From positions 1 through 12,483 of the forward strand of contig JBHHYI010000122.1 of the NCBI GenBank assembly GCA_046757525.1: a stretch of 12,483 nucleotides of DNA. Direction: 5' to 3'. Below the pieces are notes generated by a model, which saw nothing but the letters and a program-made list of their open reading frames with translations, ran no database searches and had not been told where the DNA came from. Each line of letters begins with the position of its first letter. Position 1 is the stretch's first letter. Source of the stretch: a bacterium. GTDB lineage: Bacteria; Zhuqueibacterota; Zhuqueibacteria; Oceanimicrobiales; Oceanimicrobiaceae. Shown here in pieces: positions 1 to 7,296 of this stretch. Both the position numbers and the translations under genes were made by a program.

Positions 1-40
1 TTTGAAGTGGTGATTTGCGGAATTGTTAAAGCCTGTTAAA

Positions 41-68
41 AATATAGACCTCTTGGGGAGAAAAGCAA
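41..68 (-). promoter_or_regulatory. Putative sigma70-type promoter directed out of the left edge of the window
   Basis: The minus strand reads TTGCTT (68-63), a 16-nt spacer, then TATATT (46-41), in AT-rich DNA downstream of wecB. Confidence 0.4.
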
Positions 69-82
69 GGGATTTTTGAATG

Positions 83-119
83 AGCAGTTCGCTGCTATCG
101 CAGCAAAGTCATTTGCTGC
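83..119. terminator. Twin hairpins just downstream of the wecB stop (possible terminator or 3' stabilising structure)
   Basis: AGCAG-TTCG-CTGCT (83-96) and a perfect 8-bp stem GCAGCAAA-GTCA-TTTGCTGC (100-119). There is no clear U-tract on the minus strand. Confidence 0.35.
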
Positions 120-139
120 ACTTGTGTGATTTCTTCAAG

Positions 140-1237
140 TCAAACAGATTGCAGCAGCACCGCAACAATTCTTTCAGCGGCCTGGCCGTCCCACAAATCC
201 GGGCGTCGGCCGGCTTTGACCTCTCCGTCCAAGATCTTCAGGCTCTCGGCGACGATGCGCTCAGACTTGTGGCCAATCACCAAATTGGTTCCTTGCGCCA
301 CCGTGACCGGTCGCTCCGTATTTTCGCGCAAAGTCAGGCACGGGACCCCCAGCACCGTGGTCTCTTCCTGAATGCCCCCGGAGTCGGTCAACACAAACAG
401 GCTCTCAGACATCAGCTTGAGAAAATCCAAATAGCCCAGCGGGTCGGTTACGATTAACCGCGGCATTTCACTCAGTCTGTCCTGAAAGCCGAACCGGTTT
501 AGCCGTTCTCGGCTGCGTGGGTGCATCGGGAACACGATGGGAAGGTGCGTTTGGACTTCCTTTAAAGCCTGGAGAATATCCAGGAATTGCTCTCGAGAGT
601 CCACGTTGCTGGGACGGTGCAGGGTGAGCGCCGCATATTTTTGCGGCTGCAAGTTCAATTGTTCCAGAATAGCCGACGCCCGAGCTCGACCCAAATGCTG
701 CAAGAGGGTGTCGATCATGACATTGCCGACGAAGTGAATTCTCCTGCGGTCGATGCCTTCTTTGAGCAGATTCTCTTCCCCACTCTTTTCCGTGACAAAA
801 AGGGAATCGGAAATCTGGTCGGTCAAAATGCGATTGATTTCTTCCGGCATGCTGCGGTCAAAACTGCGCAGGCCCGCCTCGACGTGCGCCACTTGCACGC
901 CCTGCTTCACGGCCACCAGTCCGCAGGCGATGGTGGAGTTCACGTCGCCAACGACCACCACCACGTCCGGCCGCCGCTGCAAGAAGACCTGCTCAAAGGC
1001 GATCATGATCCTGCCGGTTTGGGCGCCATGATGGGCAGAGCCAACGCCCAGGTAAAGGTCAGGTTCGGGAATGCCCAAATCCTCAAAGAACAGCTTGGAC
1101 ATGACAGCGTCGTAATGCTGTCCCGTGTGCACCAGCGTAGCTTCGATCTCCGTGTGCTTTTTCATCTCAGCCATGATTGGCGCAATCTTCATGAAATTCG
1201 GACGGGCACCGACCACATTCATGACTTTCAATTTCAT
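140..1237 (-). CDS. wecB: UDP-N-acetylglucosamine 2-epimerase (non-hydrolysing)
   Basis: 365 aa with the family motifs VVGARPNFMKIAP, HTGQHYD, VVGDVNST, AHVEAGLRS, MPEEINR, TLHRPSNVD and TDSGGIQEE..LGVPCLTLRENTERP. RBS AAGGA lies upstream. Confidence 0.95.
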   Translation of the reverse strand: MKLKVMNVVGARPNFMKIAPIMAEMKKHTEIEATLVHTGQHYDAVMSKLFFEDLGIPEPDLYLGVGSAHHGAQTGRIMIAFEQVFLQRRPDVVVVVGDVNSTIACGLVAVKQGVQVAHVEAGLRSFDRSMPEEINRILTDQISDSLFVTEKSGEENLLKEGIDRRRIHFVGNVMIDTLLQHLGRARASAILEQLNLQPQKYAALTLHRPSNVDSREQFLDILQALKEVQTHLPIVFPMHPRSRERLNRFGFQDRLSEMPRLIVTDPLGYLDFLKLMSESLFVLTDSGGIQEETTVLGVPCLTLRENTERPVTVAQGTNLVIGHKSERIVAESLKILDGEVKAGRRPDLWDGQAAERIVAVLLQSV

Positions 1238-1307
1238 GGATTCCTTGCCTTCATTCTTCTGTATTGGATAAAAATGAGTACACCAATTAAAGCAATTTTT
1301 GACTCTT

Positions 1308-1320
1308 AATCAACAACTTA
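1308..1320 (+). promoter_or_regulatory. Match to the IHF consensus WATCAANNNNTTR upstream of wecB
   Basis: AATCAACAACTTA, preceded by an A/T tract (1294-1300). Confidence 0.25.
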
Positions 1321-1382
1321 ATCGTGGAGTTAGTATCGGCACCACCGGCGACGGCCGTCCCCCCGTGGTTGCAGCACAATCC

Positions 1383-1412
1383 GAATGAAACCCTGAGATA
1401 GGGTCTTCATTC
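1383..1412. repeat. Inverted repeat/hairpin
   Basis: GAATGAA-ACCCT-gagat-AGGGT-c-TTCATTC forms a 12-bp stem with one bulge. Confidence 0.6.
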
Positions 1413-1582
1413 AGTGTGCTTCAGTGTTCAACTTTTCCCTTTTACTTTAAACACCGAAGCGCACCGAAGAACACTGAAGGTTTCTGATTTGCAGTCGAAG
1501 GCAGGTTTGGGTTTTCGGTGATTTTTAGTGTGCTTCAGTGATCCATTTTCTACTTTTGAATTAAACACCAAAGGTCACTAAA
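1410..1582. repeat. Array of ten CACYRAA heptamers at 10-bp spacing, in four alternately oriented blocks, forming an imperfect direct duplication offset by 114 bp
   Basis: TTCAGTG at 1410 and 1420; CACCGAA at 1452 and 1462, CACTGAA at 1472; TTCGGTG at 1514, TTTAGTG at 1524, TTCAGTG at 1534; CACCAAA at 1566, CACTAAA at 1576. Confidence 0.85.
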
Positions 1583-1608
1583 TTTTTCTGATTGGTAGGT
1601 TTGGCCGC

Positions 1609-1860
1609 TCACACGTTTCTGATTCGCTCGACCAGGTTGGAAATGGATCGGATGGATTCGAAGTTTTCGGGGATCACTTCTTCATCGGGGATGATGACGT
1701 TGAATTTCGCCTGCAAAAAGGTCACCAGTTGCTGAATGCCAAGGGAATCGATGATGCCTTTCTCCAACAGCGGAGCATCTTCGCTCAACAGAGACTCATC
1801 TCTTTCAAACATCATCTCTTGCAGCAGAAATGTCTTAATCACAGCTTCGTGGCTTTCCAT
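1609..1860 (-). CDS. Stand-alone acyl/peptidyl carrier protein (type II PCP; PltL/AnaD-like context)
   Basis: 83 aa, acidic, with the phosphopantetheine motif LLEKGIIDSL and a C-terminal PENFESI. RBS AAGGAG. It lies directly downstream of the adenylation gene. Confidence 0.92.
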   Translation of the reverse strand: MESHEAVIKTFLLQEMMFERDESLLSEDAPLLEKGIIDSLGIQQLVTFLQAKFNVIIPDEEVIPENFESIRSISNLVERIRNV

Positions 1861-1910
1861 TCTTCTCCTTTAAAGTTGTTAACCTGAATATCAGTGTTCC
1901 GAGTCTTTGT

Positions 1911-3491
1911 TTAAGTTTGCTTGGTCAAAGTGGGTTTGTCGATCTTACCGGTAGAGGTCTTGGGCAGAGTTTCCCGGAACTCTATTCTTTCCGGCACCAT
2001 GTATTTGGGGATGCGGTCGGCGCAGAAACTTTCGATGTCGCTGGCACTCACGCCGTTGGTGTTATTCAAGACTACAAACGCTCTGATGCGGTTGCCGACG
2101 AGGTCATCCGGCACCGCTACCACGGCAGCCTCTTTCACTTCCGGATGGCTGTACAGCACCGATTCAATTTCGCCCAACTCAATCCGGTAGCCGCGACTCT
2201 TGATCATGTGGTCCCGGCGCCCGATGTAAATGTAATTGCCGTCTTCATCCAGGGTCACCACGTCCCCGGTTTTGTAGACCTTCTCCTGAAAGTTGGGCTG
2301 GGCCGGATTGATCAGGAAAACTTTGTTGGTCTTTTCAGCATCGCCCCAGTAGCCTTGCGCAACACAGGAGCCCCGGGCGTAGAGCTCCCCTTCTTCGCCG
2401 GGCTGGCTCACTGTTCTCCCATCGTCCATCAGGCCAAACACTTCCATATTCTTACAGGTCTTGCCGATGGGAATGGGTTTAGTGCGCTCGGAAGACAATT
2501 TCGACACCTGGTAATAGGTGATGACGTTGGTCTCCGTAGGACCGTAGAGATTGAAGTATTCTGCGCCAGGAATGAGCGCCATGAGTTTGCGCAGATACTT
2601 TACCGGGAAGACTTCACCGGCGAAAAGAATGGTGCGCAGCTTTGAAAACGTGTAACGCTCGAGTTTTCCGTGCAAGGTCATCATGGATAGAATGGACGGC
2701 ACCGAATACCAGACCGTGATCTGATTGTTTTCGATCCAGTCGGCGACTCCGATGGGAAAAGTGGACAGCCCTTCAGGAACCAGCACCAGAGTAGCGCCGG
2801 CTTTGAAAGCCACAAAAATGTCGAAAATGGAGAGGTCGAAATGCAGCGGCGCGTGGTTAGACAGACGATCGTCCGCGGCAACCGCGAAAGCATCCTGTGC
2901 CCAGTTCACGAAAGTCAACGCGTTTAAGTGGGAAATCATCACGCCTTTGGGCACGCCGGTAGAGCCTGAGGTGTAAAGGATGTAGGCCAGATCGGTTTCG
3001 ATGCTGGCGTTTTCTCCTGAGGAGACTTGTTCTTTCCCCACGATTTTGCTCCACGGGATCAGCTCCACGCCAGGAATTTGCCCCACCTCGGCCAGGTCAT
3101 CGGTGAGCACCACGACCGCCAGCGGATTGCGCTCAGGAAACATCTGCGGGAGAGTTGGTGCTTTTTTTGTGGAAGTCAGGAGGCACTGGATGCCGCAGTT
3201 TTCAATGATATAAGCCAGGCGGGAAAGCGGCGCATTGGGATCCAACGGTACGTAAACCGCACCTGCTTTTAAGATTCCGTGAATGCTCACGATCGATGGA
3301 ATGGATTTGTTGATGTAAATTCCCACGCGATCGCCCCGCTTTACACCATTCTCCTGCAACACCGCGGCCAGCTTGTCGGTTACTTCGTCCAGCTCCTGGT
3401 AAGTGATTCTCTTGTCACCATAAACCACGGCGTCTTTCTGCGGAAAGTTCTTTGCTGAATTGATTAAAAGATGTTGGAGCAAATAGACCAT
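1911..3491 (-). CDS. Stand-alone amino acid adenylation enzyme, probable L-proline--[carrier protein] ligase (PltF/RedM/AnaC-like)
   Basis: 526 aa with A-domain cores LKAGAVYVPLDP, LAYILYTSGSTGVPKG, FDLS, NLYGPTET, YKTGD, GRRDHMIKSRGYRIELGEIE and LPKTSTGK. Pocket residues read by eye against GrsA give DLFYLALVIK. RBS GAGGAGG. Confidence 0.85.
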   Translation of the reverse strand: MVYLLQHLLINSAKNFPQKDAVVYGDKRITYQELDEVTDKLAAVLQENGVKRGDRVGIYINKSIPSIVSIHGILKAGAVYVPLDPNAPLSRLAYIIENCGIQCLLTSTKKAPTLPQMFPERNPLAVVVLTDDLAEVGQIPGVELIPWSKIVGKEQVSSGENASIETDLAYILYTSGSTGVPKGVMISHLNALTFVNWAQDAFAVAADDRLSNHAPLHFDLSIFDIFVAFKAGATLVLVPEGLSTFPIGVADWIENNQITVWYSVPSILSMMTLHGKLERYTFSKLRTILFAGEVFPVKYLRKLMALIPGAEYFNLYGPTETNVITYYQVSKLSSERTKPIPIGKTCKNMEVFGLMDDGRTVSQPGEEGELYARGSCVAQGYWGDAEKTNKVFLINPAQPNFQEKVYKTGDVVTLDEDGNYIYIGRRDHMIKSRGYRIELGEIESVLYSHPEVKEAAVVAVPDDLVGNRIRAFVVLNNTNGVSASDIESFCADRIPKYMVPERIEFRETLPKTSTGKIDKPTLTKQT

Positions 3492-3542
3492 TCCAGAAAC
3501 CTCCTCAAATAATTAATGAGTAACGTCAACCCCCCAGGGAGA

Positions 3543-4688
3543 TTAAAGACCCAGGTATCGAGCAATAATGTTTCTCTGAATCTCAGAGGTCCCCGAATAC
3601 AGGGTTCCGCCGATGGAATCTCTGAGATCGCGCTCTAACTCAAACTCCGTGGTGAAGCCGTAGCCGCCGTGAATTTGAATGGCGTCCAGGCAGGTTTTTA
3701 TCCACGATTCACTCATGTACAACTTGGCGATGGCCGCCTCCATGGGCGCGGCGCCTTTGGTTTTCTTCAGCCAGGCCACTTTGTACAGAATCAGACGCGC
3801 GGTTTCCATGCGCACTTTCATGTCGACAATTTTGTTGGCCACCGACTGGAACTTTCCGATGGGTTTGTTGAACTGCTTGCGCTCTTTGGCATAATTTACG
3901 CAGGTCTCGATTTGTCTCTCCATGCCGCCCAGATAGCTGGCCAGGATGCAGCTCCTTTCCCACTCCATGGACTCGTTAAAAATCGCGGCGCCAGCTCCCA
4001 CCCGGCCAAGTCTGTTGTTGGCTGGCACTTTGCAGTCCTCAAAGACCAATTCCGACATGGGGGAGGTCTTCAGGCCCATCTTGCTAATCTCCTTGCTGAC
4101 CTGAAATCCAGGGAAATCTTTCTCAACGATAAATCCGGTGACGCCCATGAAGCCTCTACTTTTGTCCACGGTTGCGAAGACCACAAAGATATCGGCAACC
4201 GGGCCATTGGTTACGAAAGTCTTGGTGCCGTTGAGAATGTAATAGTCTCCTTGCAGCTCCGCTGTGGTGCTCAGGCTAAAGGCATCGGAACCGGAACCTG
4301 GCTCGCTCATTCCGTGCGCGCCAATCCATTCGCCGCCACAAAGTTTGGGCAAATAGCGATGTTTTTGTTCTTCGCTGCCAAATTTGAAAACAGGCATCTG
4401 CACGCTCCACATCTGTGCATTGATGCCGAAAATCAAGCCACTATCTTTGCAAGCGTAGCCCAGGCCCTCCATGACCAGCATGGTCGTTAAAATGTCCTGG
4501 TCGTGGCCGCCATACTCTTTCGGAAAAGGCAAACCCTGCACGCCAAACGCGGCACATTTGTTCCAATCTTCGCGGGAGAACGTTGCGTTCTTGTCGCGCT
4601 CAATCAGGTCGTAACTTAACTCTTTGTTAGCAAACTCGATGGCAGCCCTCTTGAACTCCATTTGCTCAGCAGACCAACTAAAATCCAT
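3543..4688 (-). CDS. Acyl-CoA dehydrogenase-family protein, probable L-prolyl-[carrier protein] dehydrogenase/oxidase (AnaB/PltE/RedW-like)
   Basis: The start is set at ATG 4688 because AGGAGG lies just upstream, giving 381 aa. ACAD motifs: MSEPGSGSD, LNGTKTFVTNG, KMGLKTS, RKQFNKPIGKFQ, AIQIHGGYG. Subfamily features: SMEWER (E244) and a C-terminal LYSGTSEIQR with Ser in place of the MCAD-type catalytic Glu. Confidence 0.85.
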   Translation of the reverse strand: MDFSWSAEQMEFKRAAIEFANKELSYDLIERDKNATFSREDWNKCAAFGVQGLPFPKEYGGHDQDILTTMLVMEGLGYACKDSGLIFGINAQMWSVQMPVFKFGSEEQKHRYLPKLCGGEWIGAHGMSEPGSGSDAFSLSTTAELQGDYYILNGTKTFVTNGPVADIFVVFATVDKSRGFMGVTGFIVEKDFPGFQVSKEISKMGLKTSPMSELVFEDCKVPANNRLGRVGAGAAIFNESMEWERSCILASYLGGMERQIETCVNYAKERKQFNKPIGKFQSVANKIVDMKVRMETARLILYKVAWLKKTKGAAPMEAAIAKLYMSESWIKTCLDAIQIHGGYGFTTEFELERDLRDSIGGTLYSGTSEIQRNIIARYLGL

Positions 4689-4917
4689 GGTTCCTCCTGC
4701 AAAGAAATCGAACATAACCGTCTATGGAAAGACGGATGAAAAATTTAGGGTGGAATCAAAGTAAGACCGAATCGGCAAAAGATGCAAGCAATATCGCAAT
4801 TGTTAACAAAAAATTTTTCAATCCAAATTTCCTTTATGACATCTTAAGAAGATTAGATACAATCTTCAGGAATTGGCGAAAATCTGACCACAAATCGCTC
4901 AATTTAGGAGTTATGTA

Positions 4918-4946
4918 TTGACAACTTTAACAAATTGTCCTATATT
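4918..4946 (+). promoter_or_regulatory. Near-consensus sigma70 promoter for the amidohydrolase operon
   Basis: TTGACA (4918-4923), a 17-nt spacer, then TATATT (4941-4946). An inverted repeat GACAA-N10-TTGTC (4920-4939) overlaps it. Confidence 0.75.
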
Positions 4947-4953
4947 AATTAAA

Positions 4954-6393
4954 GTGGACTCTCTGCTGATAAAAGACGCGTTGCTAATTGCAACCATGGA
5001 CGACGGCCTGACAGAAATCCGAAACGGCCACGTTTACATCCGCGACCGCCAAATAGCCGCCGTAGGGTACGGTCATTTTGAAGGCATGGCAGACAAGACC
5101 ATCGACGCCACCGACAAGGTTGTTTTGCCCGGATTGGTGAACACACATCACCACTTCTTTCAAACTTTGACCCGCAACCTGCCGGCGGTGCAAGAGGCCC
5201 CTCTGTTCAAATGGCTGACCACCTTGTACGAAATCTGGCGGGAGTTGTCGGCTGAAGCAGCCTATACCAGCGCGAAAGTTGCCCTGGCCGAGCTTCTGCT
5301 TTCAGGCTGCACCACCACAAGCGATCATCTCTACTTGTTTCCTAAAGACCAGTCCAGTTATCTGATCGACGAAGAGATCAAGGCGGCAAAAGAGTTAGGG
5401 ATTCGTTTTCACCCAACCCGGGGCTCCATGTCCAAGGGGCACACTCTGGGCGGCCTGCCGCCGGACGACATCGTCCAAACAGAAGAAAAGATTCTCCAGG
5501 ACTGCCGCCGGTTAATCGAGAAATATCACGACGCGGACGACTTTTCCATGTGTCGTATTGCCCTGGCGCCCTGTGCGCCTTTTTCAGTAACTTCTGAGCT
5601 CATGCGAGCTACCGTGGAATTGGCCCGGGATGCCGGGCTGCGCTGCCACACGCACCTTGCCGAAACCCGCGACGAGGAGCGGTATTGCCTGGAAACTTAC
5701 GGCTGCCGCCCGGTGGAATACCTCGAATCGCTTGGGTGGCTTGGCGCCGACGTTTGGTTGGCACATTGCATTCACTTGAACGACGGAGAAATCCAACAAT
5801 TTGCAGAAACGGGCACCGGTGTGGCCCACTGTCCCACCTCCAACCTGCGGCTGGGTTCGGGTATCGCCCGCGTACCGGAGATGCTGCAGGCGGGCGTACC
5901 GGTTGGTTTGGCCGTGGACGGTTCGGCCTCCAACGACACCTCCAACCTGCTCATGGAGCTGCGTCAGGGACTTCTGGTTCATAGACTGGGAGCGAACAAA
6001 AACTGGCTCACGGCAAGGGATCTCTTTTGGCTGGCCACGCGTGGCGGTGCGAAGCTGTTGGGACGTACGGACATCGGCAGCATCGAGGTGGGGAAGGCGG
6101 CAGATTTGATTCTTATCGACACCGACAAACTGAGTTACGCAGGCGCCATGAACGACCCACTTGCGGCCGTTCTGTTCTCCAATTCAAATTTCACGGTCCA
6201 TACCACGATTGTAAACGGGAAAGTTGTGGTACAAGATGGCACCTTGGTGCCTGCGGCAGTGCAGCACTTAATTCGTGCGGGAAAAGAGATGGCAGCGCGA
6301 CTTCTGGCAACAGCCAACCGAAAGAGCGATATGGAATTCGGTAAGCTGCGAAAACCTTTCGTGGTAAGGGCTAAAAGAACAATTAGGGTTTAA
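4954..6393 (+). CDS. Amidohydrolase, 8-oxoguanine deaminase-like (Atz/Trz/SsnA subgroup)
   Basis: Motifs PGLVNTHHHFFQTLTR, SGCTTTSDHLY, RFHPTRGSMS, ALAPCAPFSV, HTHLAET, WLAHCIH, VAHCPTSNLRLGSG and GLAVDGSASND. The start was moved to GTG 4954 because the TTG at 4918 is the -35 hexamer. Confidence 0.85.
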   Translation: MDSLLIKDALLIATMDDGLTEIRNGHVYIRDRQIAAVGYGHFEGMADKTIDATDKVVLPGLVNTHHHFFQTLTRNLPAVQEAPLFKWLTTLYEIWRELSAEAAYTSAKVALAELLLSGCTTTSDHLYLFPKDQSSYLIDEEIKAAKELGIRFHPTRGSMSKGHTLGGLPPDDIVQTEEKILQDCRRLIEKYHDADDFSMCRIALAPCAPFSVTSELMRATVELARDAGLRCHTHLAETRDEERYCLETYGCRPVEYLESLGWLGADVWLAHCIHLNDGEIQQFAETGTGVAHCPTSNLRLGSGIARVPEMLQAGVPVGLAVDGSASNDTSNLLMELRQGLLVHRLGANKNWLTARDLFWLATRGGAKLLGRTDIGSIEVGKAADLILIDTDKLSYAGAMNDPLAAVLFSNSNFTVHTTIVNGKVVVQDGTLVPAAVQHLIRAGKEMAARLLATANRKSDMEFGKLRKPFVVRAKRTIRV

Positions 6394-6435
6394 CGATTTA
6401 AGGACTTGTCATTCTACACAAAACCAGGAAATAAT

Positions 6436-7293
6436 ATGAGCACACTCCCCAACCTCAAAGGCTACCATCGACCCAAGTCGATTGCGGAGGCTCTGGCCCT
6501 CCTTGAAAAAAACTCGGGTTCCATTTTAGTTATCGCCGGTGGAACCAAATTGGTGCTCTCTAATGACCAGACGGTGCAAGAGCTTGTGGACATAAGCGCC
6601 CTGAATCTCGATTACATCAAAGAGGACAACGGCGTGGTTCGCATCGGTGCAACCACTACGCTGCAGAAAATGGCAGAAAGCCCCACTTTGAAAAAGATGA
6701 CCAACGGCCTTCTTGCCAAGGCAGCGCTGCGCACTCACTATTCCAGGATGATCCGGAATGTGTCTACGTTGGGCGGGGAGCTGGTTACGACCACACCGCT
6801 CTCGGTTTTATACTGCGCACTGCTCGTGCTGCAAGCGCAGGTAAGAATCGCTGGCGGAGAGGAATTCGCACTGGCCATGAACATCTTTCTCAACAAAAAA
6901 GGGTTGGGAGGAGGCTTGCTCATCGAAGTCTTGATCCCAGAGATGGCCGACCACAGCTACGCAGCCCTGGTGCCGGTGAACATCCAATCTGCGGTCGCGC
7001 CGGTTATCTGCGCCTGTGCCCGTGTAACCTTGAGCAGTGGTTTTTGCAAGGCGGTCAAGATTGCCGTCACTGGCACTGCACCGGTGCCCCACCGCTTGCA
7101 TGCCGCTGAACAAGTCCTCGAGGGCAAGTTGTTTTCCCCGGCCATCATTGCTGAAGCGGCGGGAGTCGCCTACGAGACCGTGCAACCGATTTCAGACAGC
7201 CTGGCCAGTGCAGAATACCGGCAAGAAGTTTGTCAGGTCGTGGTTGAAAGAGCGCTGTCAGAATGCTTGGCTCGTGCTGAGGAGAGCGAATAA
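6436..7293 (+). CDS. FAD-binding (medium) subunit, xanthine dehydrogenase/CoxM family
   Basis: Motifs YHRPKSIAEALALL, IAGGT, RIGATTTL, IRNVSTLGG and C-terminal PISDSLASAEYR. ATG 6436 has AGGA upstream. Confidence 0.85.
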   Translation: MSTLPNLKGYHRPKSIAEALALLEKNSGSILVIAGGTKLVLSNDQTVQELVDISALNLDYIKEDNGVVRIGATTTLQKMAESPTLKKMTNGLLAKAALRTHYSRMIRNVSTLGGELVTTTPLSVLYCALLVLQAQVRIAGGEEFALAMNIFLNKKGLGGGLLIEVLIPEMADHSYAALVPVNIQSAVAPVICACARVTLSSGFCKAVKIAVTGTAPVPHRLHAAEQVLEGKLFSPAIIAEAAGVAYETVQPISDSLASAEYRQEVCQVVVERALSECLARAEESE

Positions 7294-7296
7294 AGC

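Noticed and set aside
587..1309. 240-aa + strand ORF (and 80..457)
   Set aside because: Antisense shadows of wecB with no recognisable motifs.
1410..1582. CRISPR array
   Set aside because: The units are 7-10 bp in alternating orientation, with no 25-45-bp repeats, unique spacers or cas genes.
1609..3491. Calling the adenylation/carrier pair dltA/dltC
   Set aside because: No dltB or dltD is present in the window, the specificity code is proline-type, and the pair is coupled to a prolyl-carrier dehydrogenase-like gene.
1917..4490. Long + strand ORFs 1917..2645 and 3669..4490
   Set aside because: They lie wholly antisense to well-supported genes, as expected from codon bias.
4689..4715. ORF-track upstream starts for the dehydrogenase (4715), deaminase (4918) and FAD subunit (6406)
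   Set aside because: RBS or promoter positions and family N-termini favour 4688, 4954 and 6436.
4724..4921. 65-aa ORF in the divergent intergenic region
   Set aside because: AT-rich promoter DNA with no RBS or recognisable domain, and it ends inside the -35 box.
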